From Candidatus Poribacteria bacterium (GTDB taxonomy: Bacteria; Poribacteria; WGA-4E; WGA-3G): DNA of 64,000 nucleotides. Position numbers and translations under genes: made by a program. Where the stretch lies: contig CAXXUA010000008.1 in the NCBI GenBank assembly GCA_963663765.2, positions 32,001 through 96,000 of the forward strand, in the 5' to 3' direction. Below the pieces are notes generated by a model that was not told the origin of the DNA, did not search any database, and saw nothing but the letters and a program-made list of their open reading frames with translations. Below are positions 30,758-41,280 of the stretch, one piece after another (position 1 is the stretch's first letter; each line of letters starts with the position of its first letter).

Positions 30758-31870
30758 TTAATTACTCTCCCAAGGGGCTACTTCGGCAACTGCAGCTGGT
30801 GCGGGGAAGCGACTTGAAACATCTACAGGTTTACCCAAGTCAGATGATTCAATCACACGTTCACATACCTCTAACACATGGCGCGCTTGTGCGCCATTAC
30901 ACCTTGGAAGTCTGTCATTTCTTATTGCATCAGCAAAGTCTGCAACACCTTTACCCCAATCCAGTCCAGTAAACGCTTTTGAGGGAGAGGGTTCATTTTG
31001 CCATCCAGATTGCGGTGTAAATTTCTTGATTCCGCGCCCATCGTCATGGGCTTGAATTGAAAATGCACCTTTCGTACCGTGAATCTCATAGGGCGGAATT
31101 TGGGAGGTTACCGTAAAACTATGGTAAATAAGACCTTGTGTTCCATCTGCAAGTGGCACTTCAAACTCAAGCACTGCAAAACCGTGATCTTTTTCTGTGA
31201 CCTCAAACGAGGTGCCTTGACGCGGACCTTGTGTTAGCACACGTTTAGGAACAGCAACCCTCGCAAACCCATGAACCGTTTTCACTGGACCTATCATTGT
31301 TGTCATCGCAGTTAATGGATACGGAGCAACATCACGAAAAGGTCCCGCATGTTTCAAAAACGCATCCGCATTCGGATGCCAATGTTCCAATGGTCCCCCA
31401 AAATTACCTATCGTGGAAATCACATCACCAATCTCACCCTCACGTATCCGCTGCCACACATTCTGCTGAACATACCCAAGTATTGCTGATGGCGCACATG
31501 CAAGTTTCAATCCCATTGTATCTGCTGTCTCTACAAGTTCATTCGCTTCATCTGTCCTAATCGAAATCGGTTTCTCAGAATATACATGCTTCCCCGCTTT
31601 CAATGCAGCAAGTGAAACCGGATAGTGTGAGATATGGATAGTTAGATTTACTATTGCCTCTACATGCGGATCGTTGAATACCGCTTCAAGCGATGAATAT
31701 ACTTTACCACCACCTCTCTCTGCCAACGCAGAAGCACGTTCTACGTCTTGATCGTAATATCCTATCAACTCAATCTTATCTGGATAGGCTTGACAACGAG
31801 GTTGATAACCACCTGATGCAATCATACCACATCCAACAATCACTGTTCGCAAAGGGCTACTCTTAGACAT
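30758..31870 (-). CDS. Gfo/Idh/MocA family oxidoreductase
   Basis: IVGCGMIA, AGKHVYSEKP; start MSKSS at 31870 after GGAGG. Confidence 0.92.
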   Translation of the reverse strand: MSKSSPLRTVIVGCGMIASGGYQPRCQAYPDKIELIGYYDQDVERASALAERGGGKVYSSLEAVFNDPHVEAIVNLTIHISHYPVSLAALKAGKHVYSEKPISIRTDEANELVETADTMGLKLACAPSAILGYVQQNVWQRIREGEIGDVISTIGNFGGPLEHWHPNADAFLKHAGPFRDVAPYPLTAMTTMIGPVKTVHGFARVAVPKRVLTQGPRQGTSFEVTEKDHGFAVLEFEVPLADGTQGLIYHSFTVTSQIPPYEIHGTKGAFSIQAHDDGRGIKKFTPQSGWQNEPSPSKAFTGLDWGKGVADFADAIRNDRLPRCNGAQARHVLEVCERVIESSDLGKPVDVSSRFPAPAAVAEVAPWESN

Positions 31871-31972
31871 TGTAATCCTCCAGTCTTTGATGTCGTTCAA
31901 TAAATACACATGCATAATAACAAAATTACAATCACATGCCAATCAGAAACAACAGCATAACCCTATTTTTGC

Positions 31973-32002
31973 TTGACATTTCAATCATAATCATTGTAAA
32001 AT
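31973..32002 (+). promoter_or_regulatory. Sigma-70-type promoter
   Basis: TTGACA-N18-TAAAAT upstream of 32028. Confidence 0.55.
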
Positions 32003-32027
32003 TGATAACACAAGGATAGGTGACTAC

Positions 32028-32426
32028 ATGAGAAAAATATATACCATACTTACATTGACAGTTCTTACTGTAATGCTCATGTTTATTGGGTGTGCCTCTC
32101 ACGACACAGCCAAAATACAAGCATATAATCAGTTTGCTATAAAAACGGCCCAAGTTGGGTTGTGGAATGAAGCAATTTTTCGATGGAAACAGATCATATC
32201 TATTGACCCAGATAACGCTGCAGCACATAACAACCTCGGTGTTGCTTATGAGGCAAAGGGCAATATCCAAGAAGCAGAAGCAGCCTACCAACGGGCAACA
32301 GAACTTGAACCTAACAGCAAATACTTCCGAATCAACTATCGCAGATGCCGACTACACATTCGCAGAAGTGGTACTGAAGGTAAAGAAAATATTCTTGAAA
32401 CTACTGAACAACAAGTAGAAGAATAA
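32028..32426 (+). CDS. TPR lipoprotein
   Basis: FIG-C lipobox; AHNNLGVAYEAKG...AYQRATELEP. Confidence 0.88.
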   Translation: MRKIYTILTLTVLTVMLMFIGCASHDTAKIQAYNQFAIKTAQVGLWNEAIFRWKQIISIDPDNAAAHNNLGVAYEAKGNIQEAEAAYQRATELEPNSKYFRINYRRCRLHIRRSGTEGKENILETTEQQVEE

Positions 32427-32442
32427 ATTAGGAACTAACCTT

Positions 32443-33219
32443 ATGTTGAAAAAACAACACTTCCCGTTTTCACAGACACTTCACAATGTTTCTCAAATAA
32501 CGATTAAGTTAATACCATCCTTTATCATCGTGCTGTTTACATTGACTCTATGCTCCTGTGGAAAAAAGTTTGCACGTGTCCCTATAAACATTAAAGTTCA
32601 ATCCGAAATTGATATAAATACATACTCAAATTTCGCAGTGTTACCTTTTGTTATCGACAAAAACACAAAGAAATTAGATGAACTCCCTACTGATATAGGA
32701 CCTGAGATCGCGCAAATACTCAGAAGTGTTTTAGGCAGACAAAAACATTTTGATGTCGTTAACAAGCAAGAAACAGAACGAATTATGACAGGTGAAAAGA
32801 TTGAAGATGATTGGCTTACAAATACAGAACGGTTGAGTGAGTTAGGAGAATACTTTGAGGTGAAAGGTGTGATCGTCGGAAGTTACCGATTTTATACTGA
32901 TACGCGGCCAAGACGGTATTACGGTGAACGCTATTCACCACAACAACAACGTTATGTTATGGATTATCAGGATTATGTGCAGAAAACTTATCTGCTTGCG
33001 TTACGTGTCATGATTATTGATGTTGATACCCAGAAAATTATCTGGGACGAATTATATCAACAACGTTCCGCTGAAGCACACAATATCGGTTCTTTCGTCT
33101 TTTCGCAGATGGCTCCTCAGCAAACCACTATGCGTGAACTTAGCAAACGCGCTCTTACCGATTTTGCAAGACAAATCTCACCACACTACGAACAGGAAGA
33201 CCGATTCCTGATGAGGTAA
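32443..33219 (+). CDS. Lipoprotein, CsgG/TolB-N-like alpha/beta fold
   Basis: LCS-C lipobox; FAVLPF...IIDVDTQKIIW pattern. Confidence 0.65.
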   Translation: MLKKQHFPFSQTLHNVSQITIKLIPSFIIVLFTLTLCSCGKKFARVPINIKVQSEIDINTYSNFAVLPFVIDKNTKKLDELPTDIGPEIAQILRSVLGRQKHFDVVNKQETERIMTGEKIEDDWLTNTERLSELGEYFEVKGVIVGSYRFYTDTRPRRYYGERYSPQQQRYVMDYQDYVQKTYLLALRVMIIDVDTQKIIWDELYQQRSAEAHNIGSFVFSQMAPQQTTMRELSKRALTDFARQISPHYEQEDRFLMR

Positions 33220-33291
33220 AATACAGAAAATAATTACACGCGAAATACTGAACAATAATTGTAATCATACAGTTCACCCAGAGGAAAACCG

Positions 33292-36204
33292 ATGAAGACT
33301 ACAATAAAACAATCAAAAAAAAATATATTCATCCTTAATAGAATCTCGCAATTTTTCCTCTGTATTAGCATAACAGTGCTGATTTCATCAAACGTTTTCG
33401 CACAAGGCTTTGGAAAAAATAAAATTACAGCTCAACGTTTTGACTGGCACATACATCGCACAGAACACTTTGATATACACTATTATCCAAGTGCAGCCAA
33501 ACTCGTCCCAATCATGGCAGCAATCGCTGAAGATGCTTATGATAAACATAGCGATGACTTACAACACGAACTTGAAGGTAGAACACCTTTCATCCTATAT
33601 AAATCACATAAAGATTTTCAGGAAACAAATGTGATACTACAAGAACTACATGAAGGTATCGGCGGATTTGCGGAACTCTTTAAACACCGAATCGTTATCC
33701 CATTTACCGGTTCACTGGAAGCGTTTCGAGAGGTTATTTATCATGAACTCATCCACATCTTTCAATATGACATACTCTATCAAAAACCTCATGCAAGTAT
33801 ATATAGTGGCGAATTCCTATATTCACCTCCAATCTGGTTTATTGAAGGTATGGCGGATTATTTCGCCGAAGACAATGACGCTATCGGAGAAATGGTACTT
33901 AGAGATGCAAGTATAAACAACAATTTTCTACCGCTAACAGAACTACAAAACTTCAATAGACTCAGTTCTCCATACATCGGATACAAAATCGGGCAAATAG
34001 CTGTCGCGTACCTTGTAGAGACGTATGGTCGCGAAAAAATCGCTGAAATCTTACAAGGGTTGAGACAAAGCCGTACAAAAAACTTAGACCACGTCTTTAA
34101 AAACGTACTCGGAGTCGGTTTGAAAGAGTTTGATATAGGTTTCAGCCAGATGGTCCGAAAACGATACTGGCCACTGATTGAGGATAAAGAACTACCCTAT
34201 ATCGCAGCAAGGAAACTTACTGAACAAGTACGATTCTCTCACAATATCAAACCTGTGTGGTCACCCAGTGGAGATATTGTCGCTTATATCACTGCAAATG
34301 AAGGTTTCTTAGAAATCGTCCTAATGTCTTCTAAAACAGGAAAACAGCTTGACCGAATAACAAAACGCCTCTTCCGAGACAAATATGAAGAAATCAGAAC
34401 CGATTCCACAGGTTTTGATCAAAGCCTAACTTGGGCACCAGACGGCGACCACATAGCATTTATCGGGAAACACCATGATACAAATTATTTTTTTCAAGTA
34501 AATATACTAACACACAAACTCACGCACTACCTAAAACTTGATTTTGATGCAGTCACTTCTCCTAACTATGATGGTACGGGTAAACGCGTCGTCTTTTCTG
34601 CATTAAATGATGGACAAACAGACCTATACATTATTGATTTAGAAACACAAAAAATAAACAGATTGACCAGAGACCCTTTTAACGACACACACCCCTCTTG
34701 GCATCCTGAAAGAAATGCAATCATATACGCATCTGAGAGAGAACGGAAAAATAGACTTGTCCTCATAGATTTAGAAGAACAGACCGAGCGAACAATCACT
34801 GGCAATCAATCAAATGCAATCAGTCCAAAATGGTTGAAAGATGGTGATACTGTCCTATTCTGTGATGATCGAAACGGTGTGTTTGACGCATACAAACTCA
34901 ATATAAATGATCTGCAGTTGACACGTCTAACAAACTTTATCACAGGATGTTTCAACCCAAGTTACTCACCAGACGAAAAACGTCTACTATTTAGCGCCTA
35001 TGATAATGGGAAGTATGATATCTGTGTAATGGAATCTGATAGTATACTTGACGAGAAAATCGAAATACAGAACATAGAATCAGAACCAGAACCTATTGTC
35101 TTAGAGTCTGAGATTATTGAACCAAAACTTAGAATCGCAAGACGAAAATATAGCACACGCTCCTCGTTTCGTTTAGACTCAATTTTCCCTGAATTTAGTT
35201 ACGGCTCAGATGGACTTCTCCGAAGTCAAATACAACTGAGTGCAAGCGATATGCTTGGAAATCACCGTGTCGGAGTAAGTGTAATAAATCAGACAGGTGG
35301 GTATCTAATACCAGATTTTATCGCTCAATACGGATTTCTAACACATCGCGCAGACATCGGCACTGTCGTCTACAACTATCATCAATATCATCTACTCGGT
35401 TCTATACGCAATCAACGTGGCGTTTTGCAGCGTGTCACTGGACTCGGCGCATACTTGAGTTATCCATTTAATAGATACCTTCGATTAGATCTGCAGTATT
35501 CTCTATATTCAACACCATTAACATATAACTATCAGACAAGTCAACCTTATGATTTTGATGATCGAGGACGGCTTTCTCTCGGTTCAATTGCTTTAGTCGG
35601 TGATAACACTATGTGGAGAGAATGGGCACCGTACAGCGGTTCACGCTATCGCTTGGAAATTGAGCAATCAATACCAGCGCTTGGAAGTCAGTTATCTCTT
35701 ACAAATACTGTTTTTGATTATAGGAACTACATCGGTTTGGGAAGACGCAGTACAATCGCTACACGACTATTACTTGGGGGTAGTTTTGGACGTGATCGCT
35801 CACTATTCTATCTCGGAGGAATAGATACACTCAGAGGATATAATTACGAAGACCTTGTCGGTTCAAGAGTCGGTCTGTTCAACATTGAATTACGCATTCC
35901 GTTTATAGATGTCCTGTATTTTGGATGGCCAATAAGATGGTCAATAGGTGGAATCGGCGGATTAGTCTTTGCTGATTTCGGCGGAACATGGTCAGATTTA
36001 ATTTATGGTCCTGACAACCCATATCAAATGTTTGAACGCGACGGTTTACGATTACGCCTTAACGATCTAAAAGGTTCTATCGGTCTCGGGCTTAGATTAC
36101 GACTCGGTGTGTTTTCTTTAGACTTTGCCGCAGCACGACATACAGACCTAAGAAGTATAAAACCCGGCGTCAAATACCATTTCGGATTAGGACAAGCATT
36201 TTAA
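33292..36204 (+). CDS. Peptidase MA-like + PD40 beta-propeller + BamA/TamA-type barrel protein
   Basis: HELIH..WFIEGMA; WSPSGD/WAPDGD repeats; YLGGIDTLRGY; C-terminal FGLGQAF. Confidence 0.85.
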   Translation: MKTTIKQSKKNIFILNRISQFFLCISITVLISSNVFAQGFGKNKITAQRFDWHIHRTEHFDIHYYPSAAKLVPIMAAIAEDAYDKHSDDLQHELEGRTPFILYKSHKDFQETNVILQELHEGIGGFAELFKHRIVIPFTGSLEAFREVIYHELIHIFQYDILYQKPHASIYSGEFLYSPPIWFIEGMADYFAEDNDAIGEMVLRDASINNNFLPLTELQNFNRLSSPYIGYKIGQIAVAYLVETYGREKIAEILQGLRQSRTKNLDHVFKNVLGVGLKEFDIGFSQMVRKRYWPLIEDKELPYIAARKLTEQVRFSHNIKPVWSPSGDIVAYITANEGFLEIVLMSSKTGKQLDRITKRLFRDKYEEIRTDSTGFDQSLTWAPDGDHIAFIGKHHDTNYFFQVNILTHKLTHYLKLDFDAVTSPNYDGTGKRVVFSALNDGQTDLYIIDLETQKINRLTRDPFNDTHPSWHPERNAIIYASERERKNRLVLIDLEEQTERTITGNQSNAISPKWLKDGDTVLFCDDRNGVFDAYKLNINDLQLTRLTNFITGCFNPSYSPDEKRLLFSAYDNGKYDICVMESDSILDEKIEIQNIESEPEPIVLESEIIEPKLRIARRKYSTRSSFRLDSIFPEFSYGSDGLLRSQIQLSASDMLGNHRVGVSVINQTGGYLIPDFIAQYGFLTHRADIGTVVYNYHQYHLLGSIRNQRGVLQRVTGLGAYLSYPFNRYLRLDLQYSLYSTPLTYNYQTSQPYDFDDRGRLSLGSIALVGDNTMWREWAPYSGSRYRLEIEQSIPALGSQLSLTNTVFDYRNYIGLGRRSTIATRLLLGGSFGRDRSLFYLGGIDTLRGYNYEDLVGSRVGLFNIELRIPFIDVLYFGWPIRWSIGGIGGLVFADFGGTWSDLIYGPDNPYQMFERDGLRLRLNDLKGSIGLGLRLRLGVFSLDFAAARHTDLRSIKPGVKYHFGLGQAF

Positions 36205-36330
36205 TTAAGACATACGCTTACAAAACGGTAAGCACGTTTTGTAAGCGCGCCTACCGTGTAGGTATCAGGAATCATAGATTACACAATTAGGAATTTGCAA
36301 TTCATGCAATGAAAAATAACACACCGAACA

Positions 36331-36515
36331 CAGAGATATTCAGTTTTAAGAGTTTTCTGTTATTGAGATGGACTGAAAGTTAATACCCAGATTCGGTTTC
36401 CTAACCGAACTTTATACATCAATTTTAGATTATTGAAACATGAACAAGATGGTATCACATAAAATTAACGACATAGCAATATATTATCAAAAATATCGAA
36501 AACTGAATAACCATC
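36331..36515. mobile_element. Degenerate short CAGGG-type MITE lacking the GTAGGGACG cargo
   Basis: Matches both arms of 2221-2708; caccg(a/t)aca flank duplication. Confidence 0.75.
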
Positions 36516-36594
36516 CACCGTACAAAAATATATATCTATTATTTTCAGTTTACTGTATAATGGACATTATGGATTAAAAAAAGAAGGAGTCAAT

Positions 36595-39500
36595 ATGGAA
36601 GCAAGGGTTAAACGTTTTATTATCACAATAGGAATATTAGCAATAATCGGTGGTACATTCGCCGCTTGGGTCAAAATATATCCAGATTTCCTCTGGTTTG
36701 GGATGGTGGAATATCTGAACATTTACACCAAAATCCTAACTACAAAAGTCGTTATAGGGTTAGTCGTTGGAGTCGCATATCTTGCAATCCTCTTAGTAAA
36801 TCTATTCATCATATATAAACTTACACCTGCGCAGCTTAGTCCTGCCTTTATGGGAGGCACAGAATTTACGGGTGGAGAAACAAACACACGAAAAATGATT
36901 TACGGAGGACTCACAATCCTCGCAGTTTTATTCAGTATCTTGATGGGGTATTCTGCAACTGACCGTTGGGAAGTCTTTTTACGCTATACACACGCTGAAG
37001 ACCTCAACTTCCAATCCGCCACTCCTATTGAAGTTCAAGAGAATTTGAATTCAAACGAGATACCTGTTTCAACATTAGAACTTGAAGCAAAAAAGGTACA
37101 GGTTGGAGACGAAGTCAACGTACACATTGAAGAGAATGATCCCATTGTAGCTCAAGTTGAAGCAGTGATTACAGAAGAAATAAAACAGGGTGATAAACAG
37201 ATCACCGTTCCAATTGGATTACGATTAAACCAAGATATACAGATAGAAAGCGGACAAAAGGCATATTTTAAATCCCTTGCACGAGACCCAATATTTGAAA
37301 AAAACGTTTCTTACTTTGTCTTCAAAATGCCTATGGAAAGATATATCATAGGTACATTATTCGGCATTTTTCTATTAGTCACATTTTTTGCTGTCGTCAT
37401 CTACTTTTTCCACGGATTGATTACAGGTGAATCAAATCAGTTAAAATTCCGACCACCTTTTGGTGTGAAAGCACATCTTTTTACGCTTGTTGGATTAACA
37501 CTGTTATTCCGTGCTTTGAACTACCGCTTTGCTATGTTTGACCTATTGTATGCCTCAAACGATCTTGTTCGCGGTGGTGGTGGATATGCAGAAATGAACG
37601 CAAGACTACCTGTTCTATGGATCATGTCGGTTATCACTGTTCTTTGCGTAGCCGTGTTTATCACGAATATCTTCATACGAAAGAATGTTTATGCTTTTTC
37701 TGGTTTCGCAATTTTTATTGTCGCGGGTCTAATTGGACAACTTTATCCAAAACTTATTCAAACATATCGAGTTGAACCCAACAAACAGGTTTTAGAACAG
37801 CAGTATATCAACTACAACATCAAATCAACATTGCATGCTTATGACTTAGAAACCAACACAGTAACTGAACAAGAATATCCGATTAAAGATGAACTCACCT
37901 ATGATGAAATAACAAGTCCAGAAAATGAAGCTGTAATTAATAGCATTCGACTCTGGGATTGGCGTCCATTACGTAAAACTTTTCAGCAACTTCAAGAAAT
38001 TCGCTCACAATACGATTTTCTTGATGTAGATATTGACAGATACATCGTTAATGACGAACTCCAACAAGTGATGCTTTCAGCACGCGAACTCAACATAAAC
38101 GAACTTCCTGATGCTAAGAATGATTGGTTCCAACAGACGTATGTTTATACACATGGATACGGTGCTGTCGTCAGTCCAGTCACAAAAATTTATGATGGCA
38201 GCCCAAGCATGTATATAAAAGACTTACCACCAGAAATCAAATACGATGACCAATGGACTCATAGATTTGATGATGAGCCAGGACCACGGATCTATTATGG
38301 TGAAGGTACAGACCGGTATGTAATTGTAGATCCTAAACTTTCTATAGATACCGAAAAGCTTGAATTTGACTATCCCATAGAGGGACAACAGTTCGCTGTC
38401 AATGCTTACCAAGGCAAAGGCGGTGTTGTACTTTCTTCGTTCTGGCGCAAACTTGCATACATGTTCAAGTTTAACAACGAAATCAAATTTATCCTTCCTG
38501 GAGAAATTGAATCTACAAGTAAAGTACTATATGACAGGAATATCATAAAGCGCGTACAAAAAATTGCTCCATTTCTCCGATATGATGGTGACCCTTACGC
38601 TGTCATACATGATGGAAGACTGGTTTGGATGATTGATGCATATACGACCACTCATCGCTATCCATACTCTCCAATAGAGAAATTCGGTCAACGCGATAGA
38701 GGTCCATGGGGAAACTACATTCGTAATTCTGTAAAGGTCGTTATTGATGCATACCATGGTAATGTTGATTTCTACCTGATTGAACAGGAACACGACCCTA
38801 TCGCTGAATGCTATCGCAAAATTTTCCCTGATCTATTTAAAACGTTCAACGAGATGCCTGCAGATTTACAAGCACATATCCGATATCCAACAACACTGTT
38901 CCGCATCCAATCACGGGTTTATCAAGATTACCACATGAAGGATCCTATTACTTTTTACGCCAGTGAAGACCAGTGGGAAATAGGAACAGAATTGTATGAC
39001 AATACCAATAAGCAGACCACACAGGTGACAGTACCTCAGCAAACAAGTCCTTTTGCACCTCAAAGAGTTGTTGAAAAAAGTCAAAAGCGAAATATACAAC
39101 AAGTAGATCCATACTATGTTATTCTCAAACTTCCAGGTGAAGAAAAAGCAGAATTTATGTTGATGTTACCATTTACCCCTCGTAACAAACTGAATCTGAT
39201 CGCATGGCTCGGAGCTCGATGTGATTTACCTCAATATGGACAACTGCTTGTCTACAGATTTCCTAAGCAAGAACAAATTCCTGGACCGATGCACGTTGAG
39301 AATTTTATTAGTCAGGACCCGGATATTTCAAGAGATATCAGTTTATGGAATCAGGAAGGTTCACGGGTACTTCGTGGTAACCTTTTGATTTTACCGATGA
39401 ATAACTCACTCCTTTATGTAGAACCAATTTATATTCAATCTGAAGATGCTGATTCGGCAATTCCTGAATTGCGTCGGGTAGTTGTTGGATACAGAGAGAC

Positions 39501-39798
39501 AGATAAAGAAAGCCCTTATATTGTCTGGGGTGAAACACTTGATGATGCTCTCAGAGAAATGTTTATAACAAGGTTAGGCGGACAAACTGGTCCCACAAAT
39601 GTAACAGAGGGGACTCCTGACACAACCGAAATCCCTGAAACCGCTACATCAACATTTGACGAGTTAATTAAACAAGCGAACACTTACTTTAATAACACGC
39701 AAACTGCACGGCGTAACGGTAATTGGGCGGAATTTGGAAACAACCTAAATCTGTTAGAGAATGTTTTGAAACAAATGGAACAAAATATTCAGGAGTAA
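36595..39798 (+). CDS. UPF0182 family membrane protein
   Basis: DFLWF, DPIF..NVSYFVF, IRLWDWRPL, YTHGYG, NYIRNSVK, GNLLILP. Confidence 0.93.
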   Translation: MEARVKRFIITIGILAIIGGTFAAWVKIYPDFLWFGMVEYLNIYTKILTTKVVIGLVVGVAYLAILLVNLFIIYKLTPAQLSPAFMGGTEFTGGETNTRKMIYGGLTILAVLFSILMGYSATDRWEVFLRYTHAEDLNFQSATPIEVQENLNSNEIPVSTLELEAKKVQVGDEVNVHIEENDPIVAQVEAVITEEIKQGDKQITVPIGLRLNQDIQIESGQKAYFKSLARDPIFEKNVSYFVFKMPMERYIIGTLFGIFLLVTFFAVVIYFFHGLITGESNQLKFRPPFGVKAHLFTLVGLTLLFRALNYRFAMFDLLYASNDLVRGGGGYAEMNARLPVLWIMSVITVLCVAVFITNIFIRKNVYAFSGFAIFIVAGLIGQLYPKLIQTYRVEPNKQVLEQQYINYNIKSTLHAYDLETNTVTEQEYPIKDELTYDEITSPENEAVINSIRLWDWRPLRKTFQQLQEIRSQYDFLDVDIDRYIVNDELQQVMLSARELNINELPDAKNDWFQQTYVYTHGYGAVVSPVTKIYDGSPSMYIKDLPPEIKYDDQWTHRFDDEPGPRIYYGEGTDRYVIVDPKLSIDTEKLEFDYPIEGQQFAVNAYQGKGGVVLSSFWRKLAYMFKFNNEIKFILPGEIESTSKVLYDRNIIKRVQKIAPFLRYDGDPYAVIHDGRLVWMIDAYTTTHRYPYSPIEKFGQRDRGPWGNYIRNSVKVVIDAYHGNVDFYLIEQEHDPIAECYRKIFPDLFKTFNEMPADLQAHIRYPTTLFRIQSRVYQDYHMKDPITFYASEDQWEIGTELYDNTNKQTTQVTVPQQTSPFAPQRVVEKSQKRNIQQVDPYYVILKLPGEEKAEFMLMLPFTPRNKLNLIAWLGARCDLPQYGQLLVYRFPKQEQIPGPMHVENFISQDPDISRDISLWNQEGSRVLRGNLLILPMNNSLLYVEPIYIQSEDADSAIPELRRVVVGYRETDKESPYIVWGETLDDALREMFITRLGGQTGPTNVTEGTPDTTEIPETATSTFDELIKQANTYFNNTQTARRNGNWAEFGNNLNLLENVLKQMEQNIQE

Positions 39799-39839
39799 TT
39801 GAATTTATTTCTTATACAATAAATAAGGAGGTGAAACAC

Positions 39840-40085
39840 ATGTCTCTCGATTGGAAACCACGACACAGGGATATGATTATTGGTGGTATTCCGTGGCTTG
39901 CACGAATCTCTGACAAAGCCAGCGCGAAACTACAAGGTATCATCGGTGAATACATATATCCGTGACCACAAGACAAAATGTTCCTGGAGGAACATAAAAT
40001 ATCTGCTGACGAATTCGTTGACATGGTGAAAAACAATCCATCAGATGATGAGATGATTGCTGCCATGAAGGAATTAAATAGCTAA
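39840..40085 (+). CDS. DUF5069-like protein with in-frame UGA (U42), probable selenoprotein, 81 aa
   Basis: AAGGAGGTG RBS; PR...GGIPWLARISDKASAKLQGIIGEYIYP-TGA-PQDKMFLEEHKISADEF...SDDEM; hairpin 12 nt after the TGA. Confidence 0.8.
39978..39995 (+). promoter_or_regulatory. Candidate bacterial SECIS hairpin
   Basis: ATGTTCC-TGGA-GGAACAT; loop starts 19 nt after the UGA with G in loop position 2. Confidence 0.65.
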
Positions 40086-40148
40086 ATATTGTTCATAAGA
40101 CAGGCGTGCTCGGGAAAGCGCGCCAATTTCACACCGGAGATTGTTTGC

Positions 40149-41213
40149 GTGAACTTGAAAAAACTGCGAGATCAAATTAATAAACTTGATGACCAACTTC
40201 TTGAAATCCTTCAAAAACGAGCTGAGATTTCGGGGAAAGTAGGTTCCTTAAAAGCAGACATGGGGTCTGTTATTCATGATCCACAGAGAGAATACGAGAT
40301 TCTTAAACGTCTAAAAAACCTGAATCACAGTATTTATCCTGAACATTCTATTGAAATAATATGGAATGAGATTTTCTCGGCATCACGTGCTGTACAAACA
40401 CCAATACGTGTAGCTTTCCTCGGACCTTTAGGGAGTTTCGGACACACCGCTTGTGAGGCATTTTTCGGTCCATCATCAGACATGATTCCAATCACTCCCC
40501 AGGTTGATATCTTTACCGAAGTAGAAACAAATCGCGCGGATTTTGGTATGGTAGCAATCCAAAACTCAGTATACGGTACTGTCCGAGATGTGTTAGAGCG
40601 ATTCCAACATACACATTTAAAAATCTGTGCTGAAATGTATCAACCGATCAAGCACCACCTGATTTCAAAGTCGCAACTTCAAGATATAGAACGCATTTAC
40701 TCACATAGTCAACCTTTCGCTCAATGTCGTATGTGGTTGAATAATTTTATGAAACATGTTGAGCAGGTTGAAGTTGTCAGCACATCGGACGCAGCACAAC
40801 GCGCTGCTGAAGAACCTAACACCGCAGCCATCGCAAGCAAACTTGCAAGTAAGATATACGAAGTGCCTGTAATCGCCGATTCAATAATGGATGACCCAAA
40901 TAACACAACACGTTTTCTTATAATTGGAGACCAGATAGTAGGCATGAGTGGCAATGACTGCACTTCCATCTTTTTCTCTGTAAAAAACAAAGTTGGTGCA
41001 TTATATGAAATCTTGGGAGTCCTTGAAAAATACCAACTGAACCTTAGTTATTTGGAATCACTCCCTTCACGCAGCAAACAGTGGGAATACATCTTCTTCG
41101 CAGATATTGATGGACATGTTGAGGATGAAAAAGTTCATACTGTACTTGACGACCTTGAGAACCTCTGCAGAGAGGTAAGAATCCTCGGTTCATATCCTCG
41201 GGGTGAAAAATAA
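40149..41213 (+). CDS. pheA: Chorismate mutase / prephenate dehydratase
   Basis: LRDQINKLD CM domain; VAFLGP; NTTRF; ACT domain LESLP; GTG start after GGAG. Confidence 0.93.
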   Translation: MNLKKLRDQINKLDDQLLEILQKRAEISGKVGSLKADMGSVIHDPQREYEILKRLKNLNHSIYPEHSIEIIWNEIFSASRAVQTPIRVAFLGPLGSFGHTACEAFFGPSSDMIPITPQVDIFTEVETNRADFGMVAIQNSVYGTVRDVLERFQHTHLKICAEMYQPIKHHLISKSQLQDIERIYSHSQPFAQCRMWLNNFMKHVEQVEVVSTSDAAQRAAEEPNTAAIASKLASKIYEVPVIADSIMDDPNNTTRFLIIGDQIVGMSGNDCTSIFFSVKNKVGALYEILGVLEKYQLNLSYLESLPSRSKQWEYIFFADIDGHVEDEKVHTVLDDLENLCREVRILGSYPRGEK

Positions 41214-41280
41214 TTCACTTTTATGTGGTTCTTAGACGTTTTCTCTATTATTGAATTTCTACTGATGCCTTTAAAGAACA

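Noticed and set aside
39963-39965. Genome-wide reassignment of UGA to Trp or Gly
   Set aside because: TGA ends normal genes here (tnpB, 47623, 48508, and the AhpC-like gene itself). The two internal TGAs that read through align with Cys positions.
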